Shown here: positions 1 through 11,284 of the stretch, piece by piece | Layout: the number at the start of each line of letters is the position of its first letter | How positions within the stretch are numbered: position 1 is the first letter of the stretch | NCBI GenBank assembly: GCA_043228905.1 | Contig: JBHGNT010000017.1 | Span: forward strand, 4,092,001-4,156,000 | Direction of reading: 5' to 3' | DNA from: Azolla caroliniana | Taxonomy: Eukaryota; Plantae; Polypodiophyta | DNA: 64,000 bases | Notes under the pieces: model-generated | What the model saw: only the letters and a program-made list of their open reading frames with translations | Told to the model about the DNA's origin: nothing | Databases searched by the model: none | Program-made: the position numbers and the translations under genes

Positions 1-330
1 AGAGAGAGAGAGAGAGTGAGTGTGTGTGTGTGTGATGATAAGAAAGATATGTATTATATGAAGAGAATATACAATGGTGGCTAAAAAGCTTAAGACTGGC
101 GTTGAACCAATTTGGTTCAACATAATGCCTAGTGCCCTCTTTTATAGTGTTTTCAGGAGTAATCCTGAAGCTTCTAGAATGTTCCAGAGAAATTTGGAAT
201 ATAAACTAATTTCCTATAATAAAATGTAAATGAAAATAATATCCTACGTATTACAATAGATGCTCTAATGGTCAAGAGCTCGACCCATATAACCTAAGGT
301 CATGGGTTCGAGTCTTGCCATATCATGACA
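1..330 (-). repeat. 3' LTR of element A (partial)
   Basis: Near-identical to the right part of 12324-12761; preceded on the minus strand by PPT TTTTAAAGGGGGGATAG (331-347). Confidence 0.95.
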
Positions 331-2029
331 CTATCCCCCCTTTAAAACGACGAGTGTCACGAGTCGTCTTGGATTGAGGACCCGGTTTGTGTGGATATTG
401 ACGATGGAAGTCTTCAAGAAGAGCACGAGCATTGGTTACATTCTCGATCGGTTCCTAAGTACGTTCGCTGGGGCTATAGCCTAGCCAATCGACTAGATAA
501 TAGAGCTTGTTGCGAACAATCTTGGAATCAAGGATGGCGGCAACCTCGTACTCCGGCCCATCTTCAAGCTCGATCGGGGGTGGAGGTTGGATAAGATGTC
601 CTGGGATGGTGCTCTCGTGGTAGGGTTCGAGAAGAGAACTATGAAACACCGGATGTATCCGAAGTTGAGGAGGTAGATTGAGACGAAAAGCGACATCATT
701 AATCTTTCCAATAATACGGAAAGGACCTAATCGCCGATAATCCAATTTCTCACATGGGCGAGTAGTCTTGATGTGTCGTCGTAGCAGCCACACCCGATCT
801 CCAATATTAAAACTGGATGGAAGTCGATGACGATCCGCGTAGACCTTGTGTGTTTGTTGAGCTTGCTGGAGATGAGTAGATAAATCCGCTTGTATCTTGC
901 GTAACCGCTCCAAATGATCCTCCGTGCACGGATTTGTGGACACCTCTGGGGTTTCAAGTACACTCCACCGGGGGTGACATCCCGTATAAGCATAAAATGG
1001 CGTAACTTTAGTGGATGCGTGGATAGAGTTGTTATAGGCAAATTCGGCGAAGTGGAGAATATCTGCCCAGTCGTCCTGATGATAGCTGAGAAAGCACCGC
1101 AGATACTGCTCCAGCGTTTGATTTGTTCGTTCAGCTTGGCCGTCGGTTTGTGGGTGGTAGCCGGAGGAGAGGTTACAAGTGACCTTGAGCATGTTAAAAA
1201 GGTGCTTCCAGAATTTTGACACGAACTGGGGTCCACGGTCGCTGATGATACTATCGGGAAGTCCATGATGCCGACATACTTCACGCATGACAATTTTGGC
1301 AGTGTCTTCACTGGAGATCTCCTTTAAAGTACATGGCAAGAAATGAGCCATCTTCGTATATCGATCGACCACCGTTAGAATCGCATTGAACCCCTTAGAG
1401 ACAGGAAGATCTGTGATGAAGTCTAGAGCAATGGATTGCCATGGCTTGCTTGGTATTGGTAATTGTTCTAATAAACCATATGGATGATGCCTTGGTATTT
1501 TCACTCTGCAACATGTATCACAAGTCCGAACAAAATCCTCGACAAATTGTCGCATACAGAGCCACCAGAATGATCGTTGTACTAAATGTAATGTTTTAGT
1601 ACTACCAAAATGCCCAACTGTATATGTGTCATGACAGTTTTGTACTACTCGAAGGCGGCAAGAACCATTAGGAACATACAAAAGTTCTTTAAAGAAGAGT
1701 AATCCATCATGGTATTTGAATTGCCGATACTCCGTACCTGGTGGTTGCGACTGTGAACACGACGCTCGAGAGGGATCAATTTGTGCTAGTATAGCTTGGG
1801 CGAACGCATCTATCTTCAAGTCTTCACGTATGGTATCAATAACGCAGGAATCCATAGGCATGTCAAAGATCTGTGTTGCTTGTAGTCGTGCCGGTCCCAA
1901 GATGACTTGTTTTTGGTTATCGAAAGCTGGCTCGCCGGGACGGGGTGCTAGATACGAACGCCGTGATAATGCATCTGCCTTCCCTTGGTGCCTCCCCGGA
2001 CGATATGTAATTTTGAAGTCGAAACGCGT
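331..2029 (-). pseudogene. Element A RNase H tail, integrase and chromodomain
   Basis: HHCC zinc motif (H..GHFG..CDTC), DFITDLP/SDRG/QAERTN catalytic core, GPF motif, chromodomain EYEVAAILDS..YLVDWLGY with an in-frame TAG at 455-457 where Trp is expected. Confidence 0.93.
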
Positions 2030-2821
2030 TGTCGTGAAGAAAACCGTCCATAGGCGGAATCGGCGCACCAAGGCGTGGGAACCGGTTCTTCACGCGCGCA
2101 CGCTCCAAGTTGTACATAAAAGAGAATTAGGAGGATAATCGGCAGGAACGGGCCCTAACACAAGTGGAGGCAAAGACCGCGCGAACAGTCTTTTCGGTCG
2201 CGCGCGCGAGCTAAGGACCTGCACGAGTCGGCGGCGTAACTACGCGGATGCGTGAAGAACGGAGCGGATCCCTGTCCAAAAGGGACAGGGAATAAAGCTG
2301 ACATGACGGCCTGCTCGTCGGCCTATATAAGGAGCAGGAAAGAGCTGTTGCAGGCATCTCGCAGAGAGGACGAAGTGCTGTCGGACCGTTTTCTGGACGC
2401 TTCTCTCTCTGTTTCCTTCCTTCTTGAGCTCCATAGCTTTTCTATGCAGGGTTCCGAGGAGGCTCGCGCTGTTTCGAGGAACGCCCGAGTGCTTCCGGCA
2501 GCACCTCCGACCTGCTACCCCTTTGTGCGTCGAAGCGAACAGGCATCGGCATCTGTTCGCCGGCCTGTTCGGTTGTAGCCAACCTGTGCCCCATCGAGGG
2601 TTGTAGTCGTGTTAGCCATTTTGGTTAATATACATATTTAGTCATTCGCATCTGTCTGTGTCGGTGTCTGTCCGCGTTCTCCGTGCTGAAGGGCCGTGTC
2701 CCTGTGTATCCCCGGTCCTGCGTGGCCGGTTCTCTCTCTTTCTCCTCCCTCGCTTGCTCTTTGGTTCGAGACCCCCGCGGTCCCGCCTCGTTTCCACGCG
2801 CACTTGCGTAAAATCTCGACA
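2030..2821 (+). repeat. 5' LTR of element B
   Basis: Direct repeat of 8544-9335 with about 3 substitutions seen by eye; TATATAA near 2324. Confidence 0.95.
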
Positions 2822-2825
2822 TCTT

Positions 2826-2843
2826 TGGTGAACCCGACGTGAA
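2826..2843 (+). other. Primer binding site complementary to tRNA-Trp 3' end
   Basis: TGGTGAACCCGACGTGAA is the reverse complement of TTCACGTCGGGTTCACCA, the plant cytosolic tRNA-Trp 3' end as I recall it. Confidence 0.85.
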
Positions 2844-2865
2844 AGAGGCGGCAGAAGAGCAGAAG

Positions 2866-4992
2866 ATGAGGGGGTCGGATCTTGCAAAGGCCATGGCTTC
2901 GGCCGTGGACCGGATTGTAAACGCGCGCGAGGGCACCGGTGCCCTCGACAGAGCCATTGAGGCGGTCGTCGGCACGATCGGCCGGTTCGATGGGAAGGAT
3001 GCCACGAAGTATTTGGCGTCCTACGGTGCAGAGATGCTGATGCGGGACATTCCAGAAGAAAGGCGTCTTGCCGGATTTCCCCGAGTGGCGATGCCGAGCA
3101 TCCATGCGGAGGTGCTCGAGGTGCGGGCGGAGAGCCGTTCCTGGGAGGAGTTCGAAGGTCGGCTCCTAGAGAAATACGGGCTGGACGACGCGCTCCGGCT
3201 TTCGAAGCGAAGGTTCATGGAATGGGTGGAGTCCCCGGGGAAGGGAAGAAACGCGTCGGCACTCCTCCGGGAGTTCGAGGAAAACTTTGCGCGCCTTTCG
3301 GCGCTCGACCGAACCATCCTGGACACGAGCCGGGTCTTGCTGTTTGTCAAGTCGGTCGATGAGCGGGATCGGGAGCAAGTGAGCCTCTTGCTGGAAACCG
3401 AAGACGGGCTCACTACCGACTGGGCGGCTGTCAAGAAAGTCTGTGGCCGTTTCGACAAACGGCGAGAATGGGCGGATAACGGGGCAACCGGGTCGGGCTC
3501 GGTCGCAGCAAGGAAGCTCGAACCAACGCCACAGGTGCGAAAGGAAGAGACCCGAGAGTGGCTGGAAACCGGTTCGGCTTCGACCGGCGTAGTCAGAGGC
3601 TCAACCGGAGGAGCGGCGCTGGAGGAATTGACGAGGGCGATAAAGGACCTCCAAATCGCGCAAGCCCGGAGGGAAGGTGGCGAACCGGCTCGTGACCGAC
3701 GGCCGGCGGCAGGAAACAGGTGCATGTGGTGCGATGAAGTCGGCCACATTCGGAAGGACTGCGGCGACTTCGCGGAGGCGCTGAGGAACAGGGTGGTGTA
3801 CCTGTGGGAAGGACGGGTGCATGCCAGCGACACCCGAAGGGCCCTGAGCCGAAACGACGGGCGAGGTGGTATGAAAAGGTTGATGGAAGAGGCGGCGGCC
3901 CGACATGCGGAAACCGTCCACTACTCGGCGTCGGCCGGCATTCGAGTCGGGGGCGTCGAGGCCCGAAGGGAAAGCAAAGCCGGATTCTGGCCGACGATGC
4001 TGGAAGGCCTTGCCGGTGCAAGGCTTAAAAGGGAGGAATCGGACCGTGCGGAGAAACGGGTACGGGAGATGACCGGGTGGAGCGACCCGGTCGAGGAAAA
4101 GACGGGCTTCGTGGAAGCCGCTTGCCAGAACTACGAGGCGCTGGTAGAAGAGAAGCGGGTGGGGAAACCCGGGACGACCGGGCCCTCACAACGATACGAG
4201 ACCCGGTCCGGGCCACGACGGGACGAAGCCGGCGGGGCCGGTACGCAAGATAAACCCCAGAAGGGCGGGTACCGTCTGGGGACGGAGATAGAAAGGACCA
4301 CGGACTTACGAAAGGTCCTGGAGGAACGGATCCTCGACAGCAAGGTGGAGCTGTCGTTACGAGAGGTGCTGGGAATCACCAAGAAGGAGTTCCACGACTC
4401 CATCGTGGACTTGGTGAAATGGAAGAGGCTGTCAACGGAGACAGAACCGGAAAGACCGGTGGAAGTGCGGACGACGCACCTAGACGACATGGCGCTGGGA
4501 GACGAGTGGGCGGAAAGCCACTATTCGAGACCACACTGGGCCCGAGCGACCACGGAAACCCCGATGAAGATCGGCGATGTCCAGGAACCGGTGATAGCTT
4601 TGGTGGACCACGGATCGGAGATCAATTTGATGTCCATGGACTTCTATAAGAAGGGCAAATGGCCGATCAACACCAAGCACGGGTGGAAAATAAGGGCAGC
4701 AACGCGCGCCACCGAGGAACTGCACGGGGCCTGTCCGAATGTGCGAGTCAAGATCGGCGACGTCGAGATTGACCAGCACTTCTTCGTGCAGGAGACGTCT
4801 TCGCATCCGGTCATATTGGGAGAGCCGTACATCACGGCGGCGCGAATGGAGACCAAGGTGCTGGACAATGGTTCGGCCTACGCGAGGGTCAAAAGCCAAG
4901 ACGGGCGCCATTCGGTCCAGTTTCTGACGGTACGGCCGAACCACGAACGTAACCGCGACTCCCTCGGTTCCGAAAACCGAGAGGATTTTTAG
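2866..4992 (+). CDS. Element B Gag plus aspartic protease
   Basis: Open ORF; CCHC knuckle CMWCDEVGHIRKDC; protease ALVDHGSEINLM...VILGEPY. Confidence 0.9.
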   Translation: MRGSDLAKAMASAVDRIVNAREGTGALDRAIEAVVGTIGRFDGKDATKYLASYGAEMLMRDIPEERRLAGFPRVAMPSIHAEVLEVRAESRSWEEFEGRLLEKYGLDDALRLSKRRFMEWVESPGKGRNASALLREFEENFARLSALDRTILDTSRVLLFVKSVDERDREQVSLLLETEDGLTTDWAAVKKVCGRFDKRREWADNGATGSGSVAARKLEPTPQVRKEETREWLETGSASTGVVRGSTGGAALEELTRAIKDLQIAQARREGGEPARDRRPAAGNRCMWCDEVGHIRKDCGDFAEALRNRVVYLWEGRVHASDTRRALSRNDGRGGMKRLMEEAAARHAETVHYSASAGIRVGGVEARRESKAGFWPTMLEGLAGARLKREESDRAEKRVREMTGWSDPVEEKTGFVEAACQNYEALVEEKRVGKPGTTGPSQRYETRSGPRRDEAGGAGTQDKPQKGGYRLGTEIERTTDLRKVLEERILDSKVELSLREVLGITKKEFHDSIVDLVKWKRLSTETEPERPVEVRTTHLDDMALGDEWAESHYSRPHWARATTETPMKIGDVQEPVIALVDHGSEINLMSMDFYKKGKWPINTKHGWKIRAATRATEELHGACPNVRVKIGDVEIDQHFFVQETSSHPVILGEPYITAARMETKVLDNGSAYARVKSQDGRHSVQFLTVRPNHERNRDSLGSENREDF

Positions 4993-7900
4993 AGAGGACT
5001 GCCAAGGCGTGGGGCCGCGACAGTCCGGATGCTCCGGGAAAACCCCACATCTGTTCGATAAAACCGTGTACAATAGGTAGGAAATTTTGCTTCTCCGACA
5101 GCGGAGCATGTACGATGGTCGGCATCGCCGGCCGAGAGAAAACAAAGACGGAGGGGAGACTTCGAGCGTGCGGAGTTCTCGGCCCTGACGAAGAAATCAG
5201 TGGCGCCGTGGAGGCGGTCTCCTTCGATGACACCTTGGGAATGCTGGGGAAGGTAGTCGAAGAAGACCTTAACGAAGACCGGACGATACCGGTATGTTCC
5301 GAAGAAATGTACGAAGTCATCGCGGACTTTGGTCGGGGGCTCGAGTCGGATCGGACGGCCCGAGTAAGCACCAAGTACAAGACTATGGACCGGAAGGTAA
5401 GGCCAGTCGCGGTACCGTTACCGGAGGGCAGCGAGTCGCGAATCAAAGGGGTTGCATCGGACCCCAGCTTACGAGATCCGGCCTGTATAGGGCACACCTT
5501 CAACCAACGAGACGCTCCGGGAGCTCAAAATCGGTGGGGGCGGGTTCCTACTACCGGCGGAGGAAGACCGGTTTCGGAGAATGCTCGGAAGGCACGGGAA
5601 AGCCTTCGCATTCTCACCGGAGGAAATCGGGTGCGTAGACCCGACGATCGTAGAGCCAATGGTGATATTCACGGTACCGCATGTACCGTGGAATCTCAAG
5701 CCAATTCCGGTTCCGAGAGCTCACGTCCCGAAGTTGATGGAGCTGTTGAAGCAGAAAGTTGATATGGGCATTCTCGAGCCGTCGAGCGCCCCGTATTCAA
5801 ACCGATGGTTTACCGTACCAAAGAAAAACGGATCGTTGCGCTTCATTCAGGACCTGCAGCCGGTCAATAGAGTGACCATTCGGAACGCAGGGATCGGACC
5901 GACCATAGACGAGTTCGCGGAGGCCTTCGCCGGAAGATCGATTTACTCGGTCGGTGATCTGTACTCAGGGTACGACCAGTTCCAGCTAGCCGTGGAGAGC
6001 AGAGACATTACGACGATGCGAACTCCCCTCGGTCTAGTGCGGATGTGTACGCTGCCACAAGGAGGGACCAACTCGGTGGCCCACATGGTGAATGCAATGA
6101 ACAAGGTGCTGAGGGACTGCATCCCGGACATCACCATGCCGTTTCTGGACGACATCCCGATTAAGGGATGCCCGGTAGAAGAGAAGGACGAGACGATCGG
6201 GCCGGACGGATGCCGGCGATTCGTGGTGACGCACATCGACGACTGCGAGAAGGTGTTGCAAAGGCTAGAGGATGCGAGGCTCACCTTCTCGGGGGAGAAG
6301 TCAGCCTTCGGGCAGTCGGAAATCATGGTGGTCGGACATTTATGTGGACCATATGGCCGGAAACCGTCTCCGGCAAAGGTAGAAGCCATCTCCGCGATGA
6401 AGCCTGATTGCAGCTCGGTCACGGAAGTACGAAGATTCTTGGGAGCATGCGCCTTCTACCACATATGGATCCCGCATTATGCGCACGTCGCGGAGCCGCT
6501 GTACGGATTATTGAAGAAAGGGCGAAGATTCGAATGGCTAGACAAGCACACGGAGTCGGTCCAGAAGTTGAAGGAGGCTCTTTCGGCAGCACCGGCGCTC
6601 CGAAAGGCCGTCTACAAGAAGGGCACCCCAGTGTACATAACGGTTGACACGAGTCCGACCGGAATCGGGTGGGTCGTCAACCAAGAAGACGAGGACGGCA
6701 ATCGGTTTCCGATCCGATTCGGCGCGAAGGTCCTCAGTGAGCGGCAGCGAGGATACGCCCAGGTTAAACGCGAACTCTGGGGTATCGTTTCGGCGGTGAA
6801 GGCCGACAAGGACTATCTGATCGGGACAGAGGTAATCATAGAGACGGATTGCATGCCGATTCTCGGCATGGTTTCCGGATGCGCGACGCCGGACCTGGCA
6901 ATGCTCAGGTGGATAGCGTACATCAAGTCCCTGGACCCGGAAATACGACACATTTCCGGGAAAGACAACGCCATGGCCGACATGCTTTCAAGGGCGAGAT
7001 TCGATGACGAGGGCGGCATGGTTTCGGAGGACGAAGAGGTCGGCGTGGACTTCTTCGAGGCAGCATACGTAACAACCGGCAGGACGAGCACTCCGGCGCT
7101 TAACGACTTTGACGCGAGCAAGTACGACGGGGAGTGGCTGCAGATCGGCGGGTTCTTGAGGACAATGGCGCCGGATGCGTCATGGACGAAAGACGAGGCC
7201 AACCGGATCCGGAAGAAAGCGTACCGGTTCTTTCTCCGGGATGGCTATCTATGGAAGCACCCGAAGAAGAGGGACGGCGCTCCGCTCCGGGTGGTGGCGA
7301 TGAAGGAAGAACAGGAGGAGCTGCTGACGGCCTACCACGACAGCCCTTGGACCGGGCACCGTGGAACTTGGGCCACGTTCGAGAAGATAAAGGAGAAGTA
7401 CTGGTGGCCGGGACTGTACCGGGACGTGCATCGATTCGTGACAACTTGCGAGAGCTGTCAGATGCACTCCGTGATCCGACACCGGGACGAGCTTCGCCCT
7501 ACGTACCCTCCGACCATCCACTTCAAATGGATGGTAGATCTGGTGACGATGCCAATGGGGGTAGGACAGATGCGGTACCTGGTCCTAGCGCGGGAGGATC
7601 TGACGAACCAGGTGGAAGGCCGGGCCCTTCCGAACAAAACGACCGCGGCCGTATGTCGGTTCCTAATCGAGGACGTGATATGCCGGTACGGGTGCGTCGG
7701 GAAGATCGTGGCTGACCGAGGGGAGTTGGACGCCGAAGAAGCCGCGGAGCTGTTTGACCGGCTGGGAGTCAAGCTCTCGCTCACCACTGCGTACAATCCG
7801 GAGGCGAATGGAAAGGTGGAGCGCGGGCACGGGCCGATCTTCAAGGCGTTGGTTCGGGCATGCGGAGGCCAAGTCGGTAACTGGCCGCGGCTGCTACCTT

Positions 7901-8472
7901 ATGCTTTGTGGGCAGACCGGACCACGCACAGTTCGGTAACCGGGTACATGCCGACGGAGCTCATGTTCGGCCAGAAGCCGATCATGCCGATGGAACGGAC
8001 GATCTCCTCGTGGGCAATGGTCGACTGGAGGGACGAGATGAGCCGGGAGGAGTTGTTGGCCGCGCGTATATGACAGCTCGAGCGGAGACCGGAGGACGTG
8101 GAACTGGCTGCGGAGAAGCTCCGGGTGGCGAGGACAAAGAACAAAGCCAGGTTCGACCGAACGCACCGGCTCCGACCGAAGAAAATCGACGAAGGTGACT
8201 GGGTGCTCGTCTACGACAGCAGCCTCGACAACCAGCACCGAGCTACACGGAAGTTCGCGCGAAGGTGGTTCGGGCCTTACGTGGTACGGAGCGCCAATGA
8301 CAACGGGACATATCACCTGGCGGAACTAGACGGCACGAGAATGGCGATACCGGTTGCAGGGAAGCGGATCAAAGCGTTCAAGAAGCGACACGACGACGAG
8401 CCAGACCCGGCTCTCCTAGTCAGCAGTGACGAACGATCCGAAAACGAGGAAGAACCGACGGGCGAGGAATGA
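4989..8472 (+). pseudogene. Element B Pol (RT-RNase H-integrase), -1 frame relative to gag
   Basis: RT DLYSGYDQ..LPQG..FLDD, RNase H TVDTS..ETDC, integrase DLVTM..ADRG..GKVERG, GPY motif; apparent 1-nt insertion near 5502 and TGA at 8071-8073. Confidence 0.9.
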
Positions 8473-8543
8473 AGACGGGCCGGTTTTCTCCGTCCCAACT
8501 CTCTTGGCGCATACCGGAGGATGCGCGGTTAGGTGGGGGCGGA

Positions 8544-9335
8544 TGTCGTGAAGAAAACCGTCCATAGGCGGAATCGGCGCACCAAGGCGTGGGAACCGGT
8601 TCTTCACGCGCGCACGCTCCAAGTTGTACATAAAAGCGAATTAGGAGGATAATCGGCAGGAACGGGCCCTAACACAAGTGGAGGCAAAGACCGCGCGAAC
8701 AGTCTTTTCGGTCGCGCGCGCGAGCTAAGGACCTGCACGAGTCGGCGGCGTAACTACGCGGATGCGTGAAGAACGGAGCGGATCCCTGTCCAAAAGGGAC
8801 AGGGAATAAAGCTGACATGACGGCCTGCTCGTCGGCCTATATAAGGAGCAGGAAAGAGCTGTTGCAGGCATCTCGCAGAGAGGACGAAGTGCTGTCGGAC
8901 CGTTTTCTGGACGCTTCTCTCTCTGTTTCCTTCCTTCTTGAGCTCCATAGCTTTTCTGTGCAGGGTTCCGAGGAGGCTCGCGCTGTTTCGAGGAACGCCC
9001 GAGTGCTTCCGGCAGCACCTCCGACCTGCTACCCCTTTGTGCGTCGAAGCGAACAGGCATCGGCATCTGTTCGCCGGCCTGTTCGGTTGTAGCCAACCTG
9101 TGCCCCATCGAGGGTTGTAGTCGTGTTAGCCATTTTGGTTAATATACATATTTAGTCATTCGCATCTGTCTGTGTCGGTGTCTGTCCGCGTTCTCCGTGC
9201 TGAAGGGCCGTGTCCCTGTGTATCCCCGGTCCTGCGTGGCCAGTTCTCTCTCTTTCTCCTCCCTCGCTTGCTCTTTGGTTCGAGACCCCCGCGGTCCCGC
9301 CTCGTTTCCACGCGCACTTGCGTAAAATCTCGACA
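8544..9335 (+). repeat. 3' LTR of element B
   Basis: Direct repeat of 2030-2821. Confidence 0.95.
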
Positions 9336-11107
9336 ACGGTGACTGGATGAGAGGATCCCTCCAGAAAATGCCTCCATTGCATAAAAGAATCCACTATTGC
9401 CAATAGCTCCTTATCATGAATTTCGTAGTTGATTTCGGCGGCATCAAACTTGCGTGAGTGAAAAGCCATAGGATGTAGCTTCTCATTATTCCCCTGTTGT
9501 GACAGAATGCTCCCCAATGCAAAATCCGATGCGTTAGCTTCGATAATGAATGGTTTTTCCGGATCGACATGAGCTAGAATTGGAGCCGATGTAAATGCCT
9601 TTTTAAGACTCTCGAAAGTCATGTCCGTTTCTTCAGACCAGATGAACGGTTGTCCCTTCCTGGTAAGTTGTGTGAGAGGTAGAACGATCTTTGAGTAATC
9701 TTGTATGAACTTCCGATAAAAATTGGCAAAGCCTAAGAAGCATTGCACATCCCGCACCAAACGCGGAGTCTGCCATTCTACCACTGTTTTGACCTTAGCT
9801 GGGTCCATGGAGATGCCTTCTGACGAAATGATGTAGCCGAGAAATTCCACTTGGTTGCACCCGAAACTACATTTGTCCAGCTTTGCATACAAACCATGTT
9901 CTCGAAGTCGTTTTAGTACTAATAGTACATGAGAATCATGTTCTTCTTGGGTCTGTGAATAAACCAGTAGATCATCCAAATAGATGATCAAACATTCATC
10001 CAATAGATCTCGGAATATATCATTAGCCATGTGCTGGAAGACTGCCGGCGCATTAGTGAGGCCGAACGGCATGACAGTATACTTGAAGTGCCCATATCTG
10101 GTGCGAAACGCGGTCTTCCATTTGTCTCCTGGTCGGATCCGTACGAGGTTATATGCTCCCCGTAAGTCGATCTTCGTGAAGAACCTGGCACCATTGATCC
10201 GTTCTAAAAGACTTGAGATAAGGGGAAGAGCATACCTATTCCTGATTGTAACCTTATTCAAGCCACGGTAATCTACAACGAGACGAAGCGATCCATCTTT
10301 TTTCTTGACGAAGAAAATGGGCGCGCCGGCTGGAGATTTCGAATGCCGAATGAAACCATTTTCCAAATTCTCCTCTATATAGGCCCGAAGGACTTCCAGC
10401 TCGGTTGGTGACAAATTGTAGATCGGTCCCCATGGCGGCTCTTTTCCCGGTTGTAAATCGATGGGGCAATCGTACGGTCGATGATGAGGAAGTGTGTTGG
10501 CTTGTACTTTATCGAACACATCGGCGTAATGACGATACTTCTCGGGAAGTTGAACGGTGGATTCTTCTTTAGTGGTGCTGGAGGGGTTTACTGATATTGC
10601 AAAGAGGAACATTTCCTCCTTGTGCCCTTCTTTACGCAACTGACGTAGTGAAATGGTTGCCATCTTCTGAGTTGACCCTTGGGTTTGTCGACACCGGATT
10701 TCTCTTGTTCTCCAATCTATGTCTGGGTTATGTAACTCGAACCACGGTAGTCCTAAAACTATAGGATGTTCTGGGATACTAATAATATTAAATGATACTA
10801 CACATGCTAAGTTATCTAGGACAATATTAATGGGCTCTGACTCTTCTATGATATTTCCGGAAGCAATGGGATGTCCATCAATGACTACTACAGAGGCTGG
10901 ACACTGGAGTTTTCTTAGGGATATCTTATGAGCTTGAGCAAATTTCTTATCCATAAAGCAAGAGTTAGCTTTGGAATCTAGGAGTGCTAGGACATGTACT
11001 GGAGGGGTACTTTTAGTACTAACTATTACTTGGGCTACGAACACATCACTAACTTGCTTAGAGGGAATGGAACCACTAATGGGCTGCATAGATCTAGGGT
11101 TGTCCAA
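9336..11107 (-). pseudogene. Element A protease, RT and N-terminal RNase H
   Basis: ALLDSKA (altered DSGA), KIDLRGAYNL, MPFGLTNAP, YLDD, NYEIHDKELLAI; cut by element B. Confidence 0.93.
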
Positions 11108-11284
11108 CCAAACGGCTCCTATTTTGGCTGGACTTAGTCGTTTAACTCTTCTTCTAACTAACTAAGGACATCAAATTTGTTTGCTAGATCTGGGATATTA
11201 GTACTATTAGGACTATCAGATATCCCTACTGAAATAGGCTCGGATTTAGTACAATTAGAACTAGCGACTATTTGGTTTACCTGT

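Larger units (their letters stand above)
2030..9335 (+). mobile_element. Element B: non-chromovirus Ty3/gypsy with tRNA-Trp PBS (Phygy-like, tentative)
   Basis: 792-bp LTRs TGTCGTG...CTCGACA at both ends; PBS; gag-PR then RT-RH-IN; PPT AGGTGGGGGCGGA at 8531-8543. Confidence 0.95.

Noticed and set aside
258-330. Functional tRNA gene in the LTR
   Set aside because: Acceptor, anticodon and T stems do not pair; kept only as a tRNA-like promoter finding
3021-8316. Many antisense and overlapping ORFs in element B (and likewise in C and E)
   Set aside because: Expected shadows of GC-rich coding sequence; no independent motifs
9152-11107. 651-aa ORF (and 455-2071) as complete genes
   Set aside because: Chance read-through between element A pol and the LTRs of B
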